From Octopus bimaculoides (Eukaryota): a stretch of 64,000 nucleotides of DNA. Position 1 is the stretch's first letter; each line of letters begins with the position of its first letter. The notes beneath the pieces were generated by a model. It saw only the letters and a program-made list of their open reading frames with translations, was not told the DNA's origin and made no database searches. A program made the position numbers and the translations under genes. The stretch lies in assembly GCF_001194135.2 (NCBI RefSeq), contig NC_069005.1:7469885-7533884 (forward strand), given 5' to 3'. Positions 26,319 to 37,529 of the stretch are shown here, one piece after another.

Positions 26319-27661
26319 GTAATTCTTTTTTCTTCTAACCATCTGAGAGCTCCTTATGGATTTAGAAGGGAGACTTCTGTAAACAAATATCTATCTATCA
26401 GGTGGTGGGGCAAACCACTGATTCTTAAGCGGAAATAAACGACAAGTGTGTGCAATAGAAAAAGGCTAGAAAGGTGTTCACGAAGCAAATAAATGATCGG
26501 AAAGGTTAGCATGGGCTGGTTTGATATTTAAACAATTAATTACGGTCAGAAGAAACGTAAATACGCACAATAAATGAATTGTGTATTGCTTTGAATGATT
26601 TGTAATTTAGAAGAAAAAAAAGTGTGTGGGTCTCAAATAATGAAACTAGCTGCATGAAAAGAAGAAACTTAACGAAGTTTGGGTCAGGGTTTATCAAAAC
26701 CGTAAGAGAAACATTTTAATTTTAAAAAGAAATTGATCGTAGTATAGGCCTAAACAATAATAGTAATCCTTTCTACTACAGGTACAGAGCCTGAACATTT
26801 TTAAGGGGACAGAGCAAGTCGATTATATCGACCTTGGTACTTTATTTTATCGACCGCGAAAGGATGAAAGGCAGAGTCGACCTCGGCAGGATTTGAACTC
26901 AGGACGTAAAGAACGAAAAGAAGTGCCGCTAAGTATTGTGACCGACGCGCTAACCGAATCTGCCAATAATAATAATAATAATAATAATAACCGATTCGAT
27001 TTCTTCGTAATCGTTAAGTTTCAGATGGGATCGATTTGTATTTCGGGGTTTCGCATGTTTTATTTTTTTTATCAGTTTTTGCATTTATATTTTTCAGTGT
27101 TTTTTTTTTTNNNNNNNNNNNNNNNNNNNNNNNNNNNNNNNNNNNNNNNNNNNNNNNNNNNNNNNNNNNNNNNNNNNNNNNNNNNNNNNNNNNNNNNNNN
27201 NNNNNNGGTAAAGAAGAAGGGGGAAAAAAAAAACATTCCGAAGATCGGCCCTGATCGAAAGAAGGAACGAGGAAAAAACACAAAATTTCTTTCTGATCGA
27301 TGAAATACCATCAAGGTACCACGGCTGGATTTTTTTTCGTGGGTTTTAAATACATCTTCGTATAAGGGCATCCTATGTATGAATGAAATTATAAATAGGT
27401 AAAAAAAAACAACAATCTCTCTGAGATAGAGAAATGTCAGAAGAGAAAGAGACAAAAAATATCATTAAAATATTGTATATTTAGCATGATTGCTAAAATA
27501 AATATCGTAAACTCGTCAGAATGAAACAGAATTGTTTGTTTGTGTGTGTGTGTATGTATGTTTAATTAGAAAGGTGAAAAAAAATAAAATAGAAGTCACA
27601 TCGTTGAAGAAAAGAAATTGAATTGAAATATATGTGGAAAAAAATAAGGATAGGAACTTAC

Positions 27662-27738
27662 GGAGTTTGGTCAGGTTTATCAAAACTTGAAGAATTTTTG
27701 AGAATGCCCTTCTTGGGTCTTTTCTCGTCAGTAGCCAT
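27662..27738 (-). CDS. PPP1R2: Protein phosphatase 1 inhibitor-2 (I-2), first coding exon
   Basis: aaacATGG start, MATDEKRPKKGILKNSSSFDKPDQT(P), donor CC|GTAAGT, phase 2. KGILK is the I-2 SILK PP1-docking motif; recalled fly I-2 reads KGILKTSRSFDKS and human RPIKGILKNK. Downstream exons not located. Confidence 0.8.
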
Positions 27739-28980
27739 GTTTAACAGAGTCTCAACATCGTCGCGCTTGTGTGTGTGCGTGTGCGTGTGTGTGAGTGAGT
27801 GAGAGAGAGAAAGAGGAGAAGGAGAAGGAGGAGCAGAAAGAGGAGGAGGAGGTGGGTATATAGAATAAGATCAATTATCCGGCAAGCCTGAGGACCGGAA
27901 GTGTCCCGGATTTCTGAATTTTTTTTTTCCGGTTTTCTGGAGACAATTCTCAGTCCAGATCTTATTAAAATAAACGGGTTTTGAAGTGTTTAAAAAAAAC
28001 AAATGCTTGCTGATGACAAAGACTGCATTCATTTTTTTTTTCTTGAAATTAGTAATAAAGAAGTTCCATGAGTAGAAAATGTGAAAAAAAAAAATTGTTG
28101 AAAAATTGAAAAAAAAAGTTGTTGAAAATTTGACAAAAATTCTGATGAAAATTTGAACTTCAAGTGGTCGTAAGAAATGGATTGAAGATCCGAATAAACT
28201 GTAAAAAGTAAAAGAACTAAATTGTCTTTAACGTTCAAATCAGTACAATTCCAAAGCACGGTCAGTTTGATATTTATTAAGCCATTTAAAATTCTGAAAA
28301 TATATCACACTGTACCATAGACACAGTATTAATTTTTATAAGATGAAAATTAAATGATGGAACATGATTTTATTTAACAGATACAGGTATAAATTTATAC
28401 ACTTCCAAAGCAGACTACATTTAATGTTTATGAATCCACATAAAAAGAATTATTTTTAATACATCGTATATAAATTAAATAACTTTAAAAAAAACAGGGT
28501 ATGTGTACTCAATACAGGATGAAGTATAGTACACAGTATTCCGGATATCTGACGGTTGCGGATTTCTGGAAGCCGGATAAGAGGTCCGGTACTGAAAAGA
28601 AATGTTGTTAGGAAGTTAATAGCTGCAATGTTGGCGAATGGCTAATAATAAAACAGCCACATAAAATAAACACCACAGCCAGTAATGTAGTCTAATTTAA
28701 TTAATCTATTCATAATTTTCAGAAATGAGGATTTTTTTGTGTGATTTTTCTATATAGAAAGAAACAAAAATTTGCGCAGGCGAAAAAAAAAAATTGTGAT
28801 AAATGTAAACAATGCGGTCCTGGTTTTTCACCTTTTTTTTTTAAGGAAGAGACGGAGCGTCGAGGTGACAACAATTTCTACTTTTTAATTCCTTGCATTT
28901 CTTAGTTTGGGGTCTCTCTTTCTCTCTCTCCGAATAATATAAAGATATACAGCTAAATATTTGTATTTTTTACCTCAGGT
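27739..28980. promoter_or_regulatory. Probable bidirectional promoter and 5' UTR region for PPP1R2 (-) and VCPIP1 (+)
   Basis: Lies between the divergent starts and has locally CpG-rich patches. ETS motif ACCGGAAGTG at 27894-27903, NRF1-like TGCGCAGGCG at 28773-28782, and donor-like sites (CGAG|GTGACA ~28863, TCAG|GTGAAA 28978). The VCPIP1 TSS is inferred, not observed. Confidence 0.5.
27862..28594. mobile_element. Tc1/mariner Tigger-like MITE inside the promoter region
   Basis: Inverted sub-termini ttatccggc (27875-83) and gccggataa (28572-80), right end ...ggtccggtactg. Internal blocks recur at 38409-38645. Confidence 0.6.
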
Positions 28981-29019
28981 GAAACACGTTTTTATACTTC
29001 TAGTTTTTAAATTTCGTCT

Positions 29020-29032
29020 TTGTAATATGCAT

Positions 29033-29064
<32 letters not shown>

Positions 29065-29910
29065 TAAACGCATACATATACACACATGTAATTATTTTGC
29101 ATGGATGTCTATCTGTGTTTGTGTACGTACACATACACGTAATTGTTCTGCATGTCTATATAATATATATGTATATCTATCTGTGTTTCCTTGTACGTGT
29201 ATATATATATATAAGTATTTTGTTCAAAGATATATGAAATATATATGCATGAATTTATTGTATGTGACTATATCTGCATGTATATATATGTGTGTAAATA
29301 TACATGCATGTATATATATATAAATATTTACATATATATATGTATTTACATATACGGATATTATATAACGTTTATATATATATATACATACATATATATA
29401 TATCTGTATAGATCTTGCATAAATGTTTATACGTATATATTGCATAAACAACAAGTTAATACCCAAATTGAATTGATGCATTTTATGACTATTTATATAC
29501 GTTCATGTATGTATATTTTTATGTAGATGCTTTTAATTTTGCTATTCCTTATCTTTGTTGTATACTCTATATTTAATTTCTGCTTTTTCGCCTTCGTCAT
29601 CTGCATCATTACTCTAATTAATCCATCCGATATGCTGAGAGAATCATTATATATATATATATATATACACACACATACATATATATCTGTGTGTGTGTGT
29701 ACGCAGCAGATAGGATATATAAATAATAACCAATAAATCATAGTATATGCATATAGATAGATAGATATTACATACATCCTGTACATTTTTGTGTCTATTG
29801 AATTTGATGATTACATATATGTGTATATATATAGCATTCTGTGTGCATGTAAATATACATTTGTATGTGCGTATACGCACTCTCACGTGTATCGATGCAC
29901 GTGCACACAC
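29020..29910. repeat. Degenerate (TA)/(CA)/(TG) low-complexity tract
   Basis: Interspersed TATA/CACA/TGTG runs; the YIYI and HTHT ORFs here are artefacts. Confidence 0.8.
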
Positions 29911-30091
29911 ACGCGATAAAATTTTTGAGGTAACAAAACTAGCCCCTGTTGAACGGCTTCATATCACTAGGGATCAGTTTTGGACAAAGATGGGCGTGGG
30001 TAGGTTTTGCAATCACTCTCTCTCCTCCTTTTCCTCTCCGAATCCAAAACCATTTAAAATGTAATCATGTTTTTACAACTGACGTAATTTC

Positions 30092-30367
30092 GGTCCAGAT
30101 GGACTATATGTAATCTGAACCTTTCCCCCCTTATTTTTTTTTTACGGAATCCCTAACCCTAAACCTAACCCTAACACTAGTTTTGTGAGATTTGGCTGTT
30201 ATTTCTAGCATGTAAATAGCCTGCATGGTGGGGGGGGGGAATTGAAATTTTTCAAAATTTTTTTTTTCAGAATCGGTATCTCCATAACCTAAAACATGGG
30301 ATTCCGTAAAAAAAATTAATTAATAAGGGTGGGGGGGGGGTTCAGATTACATATAGTCCGTCTCTAC
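30092..30367. mobile_element. Mutator-like MITE
   Basis: ~60-bp imperfect TIRs (ggactatatgtaatctgaa...ttacggaatccc and gggattccgtaa...ttcagattacatatagtcc); identical 9-bp flanks cgtaatttc at 30083-91 and 30368-76. Confidence 0.75.
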
Positions 30368-30656
30368 CGTAATTTCTTTCTCCCGTCTGGAAATTTCCAC
30401 TGATTTTATTCATTTATTCAGATGTATTTTCTTTTAAATTTTGAACTACTTTTATTGTATTCAGCATCAACGACACGTTTACCGAGCCATTTTCTTCTGA
30501 TGTTGTTCGACGTGCTAAAAGTAGTAGTCAGTATTTTCCTCAGATCAAGAGACCCTGTCTCTTCTTAAAACGGTGAAAAACTTATCAGGTCGTGTAGACT
30601 TGACAAACTCCTTACAAGAAAGGAATGGCTAGAACCCCCTTCTGAACATAATAGCA

Positions 30657-30822
30657 GTGTCGTCTTATGACACGTGCACACTGGGCAGTTGTTCGGAGCC
30701 CCTCACATATCTAGGGGTCCAGTTCTGATCTGTGTATGAGGTTAGCTGTCTATAAATAAATACCTCTAGGGCTCAGTGCATTGATTTGTCCGGGGGCTTA
30801 TAATGGTGCTAAGATTGCCCTG
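30657..30822. mobile_element. hAT-like MITE (decayed)
   Basis: Termini cagtgtcgtctta and taagattgccctg. Confidence 0.45.
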
Positions 30823-32689
30823 CATAATAAGTTTACTAGATGCCGGGGGTTAAACTGTGTTTACATAACAATAATAGGAGAGGTTCGGCGTGGTCGTTTG
30901 ACTTAGAAATTGTAGCCAAAAGTTTCTTTTTACTATCTTTTGTCTTTTACTAGTTTCAGCCATTAGACTACAGTTATGCTGGGTCACCACCTTGAAGAAT
31001 TCTTAGTCGAATGAAACGACCCCAGTACATATTTAAAAAAAAATCCTGGTACTTATTCTTATTCCTTTATTGCCTACAGGGGGATAAACATAGAGGGGAC
31101 TTATTCTATCTGTCAATAGATTACGGGGATGTAAACACACTAACACCGGTTGTCAAACGGTGGGGTTGATAAACACCGACAGAAACACACAAACACGGAC
31201 TTATTTCAGTTTCTGGCTACCAAATTCACTCACAAGGCTTGGTCAGATCAAGGCTATTGTAGAAGACACTTGTCCAAGGTGACACGCAGTGGGACTGAAC
31301 CTAGAATCATGTGGTTGGGAAGGAAGCTTCTTACCACAAAGCCACACCAGCACCTTACTTGACAAAAATGGCCAAAAATCTGACTGGAGCCTGGTGCAGC
31401 TCTCTGGCTAACCAGCTCCATTCAAATCATTTAACCCATGCCAGCATGGGGAACGGACGTTAAATGATGATGATGGTCATGGCTGTTACACCTTTAATCA
31501 TAGGTTTGCTTGACCAGGTAGGACTAACCTGGAGTTACGTGACAACTACTACAATTGTTGCCATTTTCTAACCAATGAGTTGTAACGTGGGGAAATAGCA
31601 GCCAGACCTTGCCGTTCTGTCTAAATGAAAGAAAAGGGCACATCAGATAATTTAGTCCAAGATACACTACATCTGAAAAACTAAGATGTGAGGGTTATGA
31701 GTGGAAGGTCTTTAATTACATTATATAACACGATTTTTGTCCTTGGGTAGCAACTGTTGTTTCCTATTTGCTTACCCCCTAGAAAGTATGAAAAATGGCT
31801 AATATTTCCTTCAGATTTTGCTTTTGTTACGTTTATTCAAACCCCAAAAGAGTCCCTCTCAGCACATGGCTATGATGCTCCCCCACTACTCCTGCTCATG
31901 ATCAGAGATGCACATATTGTCAGCTGCTGAGGAACATGCTCAAGTGGTTAACGTCAAGCAACTCAGCACTGAATCTGTCTGAAATGTAATGGAAAGTAGA
32001 TCAGTTTCAAGACATTGGTGTCCAGGTCACAAAATGCAAAGTTTGAAGGGAATAGTAGTCATTTCCTTTGATTTCTAGATAGAAGCAAATAAGAAATAAC
32101 ACTGACCATTTAACGTATCATCATCATCATCATCGTTTAACGTCCGCTTTCCATGCTAGCATGGGTTGGACGACTTGACTGAGGACTGGTGAAACCGGAT
32201 GGCAACACCAGGCTCCAATCTAAATTTGGCAGAGTTTCTACAGCTGGATGCCCTTCCTAACGCCAACCACTCAGAGAGTGTAGTAGGTGCTTTTACGTGT
32301 CACCTGCACGAAGGCCAGTCAGGCGATACTGGCAACGGCCATGCTCGAAATGGTGTCTTTTATGTGCCACCCGCACAAGCCAGTCCAGGGGCACTGGCAA
32401 TGATCTCGCTCGATATATCCTATTATAAATTTGAGTGATGTTTCTCTGTCCATTACGTTTTTATGTTCATTAATTCCTCCTAGACCATTGGTGCAAGGTC
32501 AACGAAACTCAAACCAGCAACTCCCCCAATCGCAGGGAATGTTTTAAGAGGGTCTATTTTTTTAAGGCCTGCTTAATTGGGGCCCCACTGACACCCCTGT
32601 TTTTACTGCATTTTGAACTAAATACAGGGCATTGGCGACCAAATCAGAGCAATGACAATGAGTTTTGTACCATGAACTCCCAGGGAGTA

Positions 32690-33553
32690 TGGAACAAAAT
32701 CCCATTCTAGCTGTTGAGGAACTAGCACAGAAGCTTAGATTTGGTCATTCAACCATTCATCGACACCTGCATGCCATCAGAAAAGTCAGCAAATTGGGTC
32801 AATGGGTTCCTCACAAACTTTCCAAGTCTAATCGCACGCAGAGAGTGAATGTGTGCTTTTCTTTGCTGCCACATCTCACGAATGAATCTTTTTTGGACTG
32901 AATAGTGACTGGTGATGAGAAATGGGTTCTGTAAAAAAATGTCAAGCGCCGAAGACAGTGGGTAGCGAAAGGAGAAACACCAGCACCCCAGGCTAAAGAA
33001 GGCTTTCACCCACGTAAAGTGTTGTTATCTGTTTGGTGGGATATGAAAGGTTTAGTCTGCTTTAAACTTTTAAACCCAAACCAAACGACAACAAAGGACA
33101 TCTACTATGAGCGGCTTGAGTCAACGCTAGAAGAAAAACGACCATCTTTGGTTTCAAGATGAAAGGTGTTCTTCCATCAGGATAATGCTCGGCCACATAC
33201 AGCGATTATGACATTCAAAAGGCTGGAGCAGTTTGAACGGAAAACGATGCCCCACTCACCATATTCTGCAGACATTGTCCCATCTGATTATCATTTATTC
33301 TACAGTCTTCAAAGTCATTTGGACGGAAAAAATATAAATTCTGTAGATGAGGTCAGAACAGTTATTGGAGGAGTATTTTTCATCACGGAGAAGTGAATTT
33401 TGGAAAAGGGGCCTTGCAAGTCTAGCAGATAGATAGAAGAGCATTCTAGAAAATGAAGGAGAGTATATTTTAAATTAAAAAAGAACTTTATCTTAATTTT
33501 GAAAAATAAAAGAAGTATAAAAAAAACCACATTTTTTATGGGATGACCCAATA
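32690..33553 (+). mobile_element. Decayed, 5'-truncated mariner (D,D34D) transposon
   Basis: WVPHKL, IVTGDEKW, HPRKVLLSVWWD, HQDNARPH and PYSADIVPSDYHLF motifs, with stops and frameshifts. The 3' end ...ttatgggatgacccaata is followed by TA. Confidence 0.9.
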
Positions 33554-34257
33554 TATATACTCTGTTGTTGGACTGTTGCCATGTTGGAGTAGCACCTAAT
33601 ATATTTTATGATGGTCATATTGATCCTGTACTTCTATTTTTCTTTGGTTACTAATTACATTTTCTTTCTACACATTAGAACCTGAATTCTTTATAGACAC
33701 AGGCATGGTTGTGTGGTAAGAAGCTTGCTTCCCAGTCACATGTTTCTGGGTTCAGTCCCATTGCGTGGCAATTTGGGAAAGTGTCTTCTACTATAGCTTC
33801 AGGCTGACCAAGGACTTGTGAGTAGATTTGGTAGGCAGAAACTGAAATAAGTCCATCATATATATGTGTGTGTGTCCCTTACCACCACTTGACAACCTGT
33901 AACTTAGTGATTCAGCAAAAGAGATCAATAGAAAAAAACTAGACTTAAAAAAAAAAATTACTAGAGTTGATTTATTCAACTAAAAGTTTTTCATGGTGGT
34001 GCTCCAGGATGGCCGTTGTCTAATGACTGAAACAGGTAAAAGGTTGGTTTTAAACACAAAGTACAACTCTGAGTAATCCGGTGTGACATAAACCCAGTAT
34101 AACATGGAGTATGTTGTCCATTATGTTCTTTCTTAACGCATGAGTTTGGCTCAGTCAGAGTTAGAAAAAAAGTTGAAAGGTGAAAGAAAACCAGTCCAAC
34201 TGGTTATAAATCTTTATATTGTTTTCATGTCTGAGTATTAAGAGGATAGGAAAACCC

Positions 34258-34308
<51 letters not shown>

Positions 34309-34310
<2 letters not shown>

Positions 34311-35060
34311 AGGGGGTACACAAAAGAAACAGAATTTTGCAATATCATTTTATTCACTTAGTTTTACATGTTTACACTTTTCTCACCTTCAAAATATTCT
34401 CCATTTGAAGCAATGCATTGCTCTAGACGCATTTTCCATGGTTCAAAGCAGTGGTGGAATTCTTGCAAAGTAATGACCTTCGAAAAAAGTTCCGGTTTAA
34501 CTTGCAGCTGCTCTTTCAGTTCGCAACACGCATTCAGTTGTGACTGCTTTTGATCTTCTGTGAGCAAGTGAGGCACAAATTTTGCTGCAATTCTTTTCAT
34601 TCGCAATTTCTCTCTCAAAATTCATTGGCAGGAGCTCCAGGACACACCAGTCGTATCAACAAGTTCTTCAATTGTTTGGTGATGGATCGCCAAGATCAGT
34701 TCATGAATTTTCATGATGTTTTCATTTGTTCGGGAGGTCGATGGACGCCCTGAATGACGTTGGTCTTCAAGCAATAAGTGACCATTCCTAAAGTGTGGAA
34801 ACTACTCGTAAACTTGTGTTTTGTTCATGGCAGTGTCCTTATAAGCTGTTTGAAGAATGACAACTGCTTTGGCCATGGATTTCCCTAGCAAAAAACAGAA
34901 TTTCACAGACGCACGCTGTTTCTCTGTTTCGGTCATTGCAAAAATCAACAAACCGAGAGAAGCACTGCAAAATAAAGACACACCATGTGGCAGTACAATT
35001 TCACTGATTGTACTGATACTGCATACTGTAAAGGTTATATGTGGTTACCTAGCGAGCGGA
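34309..35060 (-). mobile_element. Internally deleted mariner-family element
   Basis: KFVPHLLTEDQK...ELFSKVIT is fused directly to the C-terminal LQEFHHCFEPWKMRLEQCIASNGEYFEG. Terminus caagggggtacacaaaagaaacagaat; decayed HTH region upstream. Confidence 0.85.
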
Positions 35061-35490
35061 AAGAGCATCAGAAGAGGAGGGAGAGAGAGTGACCAAGAAT
35101 GAGGGCAGAAACAGGTGTGCTGCTGAAGAGGAGATACATGGTTACCCAGAGAGAGACAGTGAAAGTGATCAAGGATGAGGGCAATAACAGGTGTGCTGCT
35201 GAAGAGGAGATACACTGGGTTCAGTGAATGGAATTACTTCCCACTCCTTTCCTACATATTGAGCAGGGCCGTTTACCTGATGGAAAGAGAGTCTTATCTA
35301 CTTTCTTGCTAACGACTTTGGTCTTCGCTAGATTGATTTTAAGGCCCTTTGATTCCAAGTTTTGCTTCCATACAATTTCTTCTCCAGTTCCTACAATAAG
35401 AGTGAGGTCATCAGCATATAGTAGTTCCCACAGGCATCCAGTTTTCAATTCCCCTGTTATGGCTTGGAGGATTATGATGAATAGGAATAG
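35060..35490 (-). mobile_element. RTE-clade LINE reverse transcriptase fragment
   Basis: WELLYADDL (YADD at 35407-35418)...WKQNLESKGLKINLAKTKV...GKRPCSICRKGVGSNSIH; degenerate 3' duplication around 35099-35215. Confidence 0.85.
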
Positions 35491-35671
35491 ACTAAGAACT
35501 AAGCCCTGATTATATTTCTAGTAGCATATATTTAGATTTGAATTTTTTTTCAAGCAAGAGGCTAAAGACACCAACAGCCTTAGTAGTTTAATAGAAGTAT
35601 GAGTTTGGTGCTGCTGTTTAACTCCAGATCAGTCCTGACTTATAATCAAAGCAATCCAGGTGTAACCCAAC

Positions 35672-35944
35672 CAGGGGTGTAGTTAGGGTGGGACAAGCAG
35701 GGCACATGCCCTGGGCACCACTTTGAAGGGGTGCAATTTTGGCCGAGATCATTTTCTAATTAAGCCACTAAAAAAAAATTTTTTAGTCTTTTCAGTCACG
35801 GTTTGTTTTGCTTATCAACCACTAGACAGAATGGGGGGTCTTGACCTCACAAAATGCATGCGCTGCTTTTTGGTGGTGTATGTGTGTGTAGGGAGGCAAT
35901 TTTGATGTGTACCCTGGGTGCCATTTACCCTAGCTACGCCCCTG
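35672..35944. mobile_element. hAT-type MITE
   Basis: TIRs caggggtgtagttaggg and ccctagctacgcccctg; 8-bp TSD aacccaac/gacccaac. Confidence 0.8.
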
Positions 35945-36039
35945 GACCCAACAGAAGTTTTGTACTTAAGGGACCTACATTATCCAGCATGTCCTTTATT
36001 AAGAGATTAGGGTGTCAATTGAGGAAGTTCTGCTCACTA

Positions 36040-36193
36040 TCTGGTTGTGTGGTAAGTAGCTTGCTTACCAAACACATGGTTCTGGGTTCAGTTTCACTGC
36101 GTGGCACCTTGGGCAAGTGTCTTCTACTATAGCCTCGGGCCGACCAAAGCCTTGTGAGTGGATTTGGTAGACGGAAACTGAAAGAAGCCCGTC

Positions 36194-36233
<40 letters not shown>

Positions 36234-36450
36234 TAGTGTATATGTTTGTGTGTCTGTGTTTGTCCCCCCACCATCGCTGGACAACCGATGCTGGTGTGTT
36301 TACGTCCCCGTAATTTAGCGGTTCGGCAAAAGAGCCCAATAGAATAAGTACTAGGCTTCCAAAGAATAAGTCCTGGGGTTGATTTGCTCGACTAAATGCG
36401 GTGCTCCAGCATGGCCGCAGTCAAATGAATGAAACAAGTAAAAGAGTAAA
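36040..36450 (+). mobile_element. Abundant tRNA-derived SINE family 1, representative full copy
   Basis: Head gtggtaagtagcttgcttacc...ggttcagt, central (TA)n(TG)n, tail gctccagcatggccgcagtcaaatga.tgaaacaagtaaaagag. More than 20 copies, e.g. 718-1085(-), 5855-6255, 14675-15075, 15770-16120, 19145-19480(-), 22785-23150(-), 30940-31350(-), 33700-34045, 38930-39300, 48155-48505, 48540-48890, 55650-56060, 57635-58000(-). Confidence 0.9.
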
Positions 36451-37529
36451 GATTATTAGTGATAGAGGCAGTATTAATACCAAACGGTAATGTATATTTC
36501 TACTTAAACATGGATGTGCATTTTGCTCCAAGAAACCAATATATGAGTTTCTGTCATGGTAACTACCACACTAAAGTTTAAATGGAGATAAATATTACCT
36601 CTACTTCTCAGTGTATTGGCCAACCGAGGCCTAGACTATAAAACATTTCAATCAAGGAAGGTGCCACGGAATGGGATTGAACTCAAAACCAAATAGTTGT
36701 TAAGGAAAAACCCAACTACACAGCCATGCCTCTCAGACTGTTTACAACACACTGACGTACCTGAAAAGGTTGCGGACCAATCTCGTATCTGCTTCATGCT
36801 CTGAATGTTTCTTTGTATTAACCACTGCCATTTGAAGTCTTACGTACATTCAAACATTTTCTTTTCTGCGTAATTTGATAGTCTCAGTGTAGTGAGTTCA
36901 GTTTTGGCTAGGTGAATATTATTTCCTACATTATCAGACCAGTTGGTAATAATAATTTCACTACCACTCTACTATCAGTTTCAATCAACTTTATCTGATC
37001 TTGACAGCTTTTGGCCTTGTTTCTAATCAAACGAAATCTGTACAATTTTTAGGCTTCGAAATGGGTTTTACACTCTCCTAATCCCTTTCTCTCTCTCATT
37101 TCTTTTATTTATAATTAATTGATGTTATGTGTGCATGTGCGTGTATCTGGCTCTCTTCTCCCTCTCTCTTTTTATATATATATATCTAATTAGCTTTTAC
37201 TGTATTCTCTGGCATACAAGTCAACATAGTAATATAATGTAAACATCCAAGCATCATCATTATCTTTCCAAATCCTGCTGTATTTCATATGGAATTTTTG
37301 GCCTTCCAAAATTGTCTTGATGTATAAATCATTCTACCTATTTCTTTTTTTTTTTTTTTTTTTTTTTTGACAGTAAATTTTGGTCTGCAAAATTTAACTT
37401 GTATGCTGGAAAATTCTCTGTAATTAATTGAAGTTTTATCTCTCTCTCTCTCTCTCTCTCTCCCATTATTTGAAATTTTATTTATTTTTCTGTCTCTCTT
37501 TTACAGTTTTCATTTCACCAGAACTCAAG

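Noticed and set aside
36761-36831. Minus-strand ATG exon MAVVNTKKHSEHEADTRLVRNLF with donor AG|GTACGT
   Set aside because: No homology or partner exon; such short ATG-to-donor frames are expected by chance in 64 kb.
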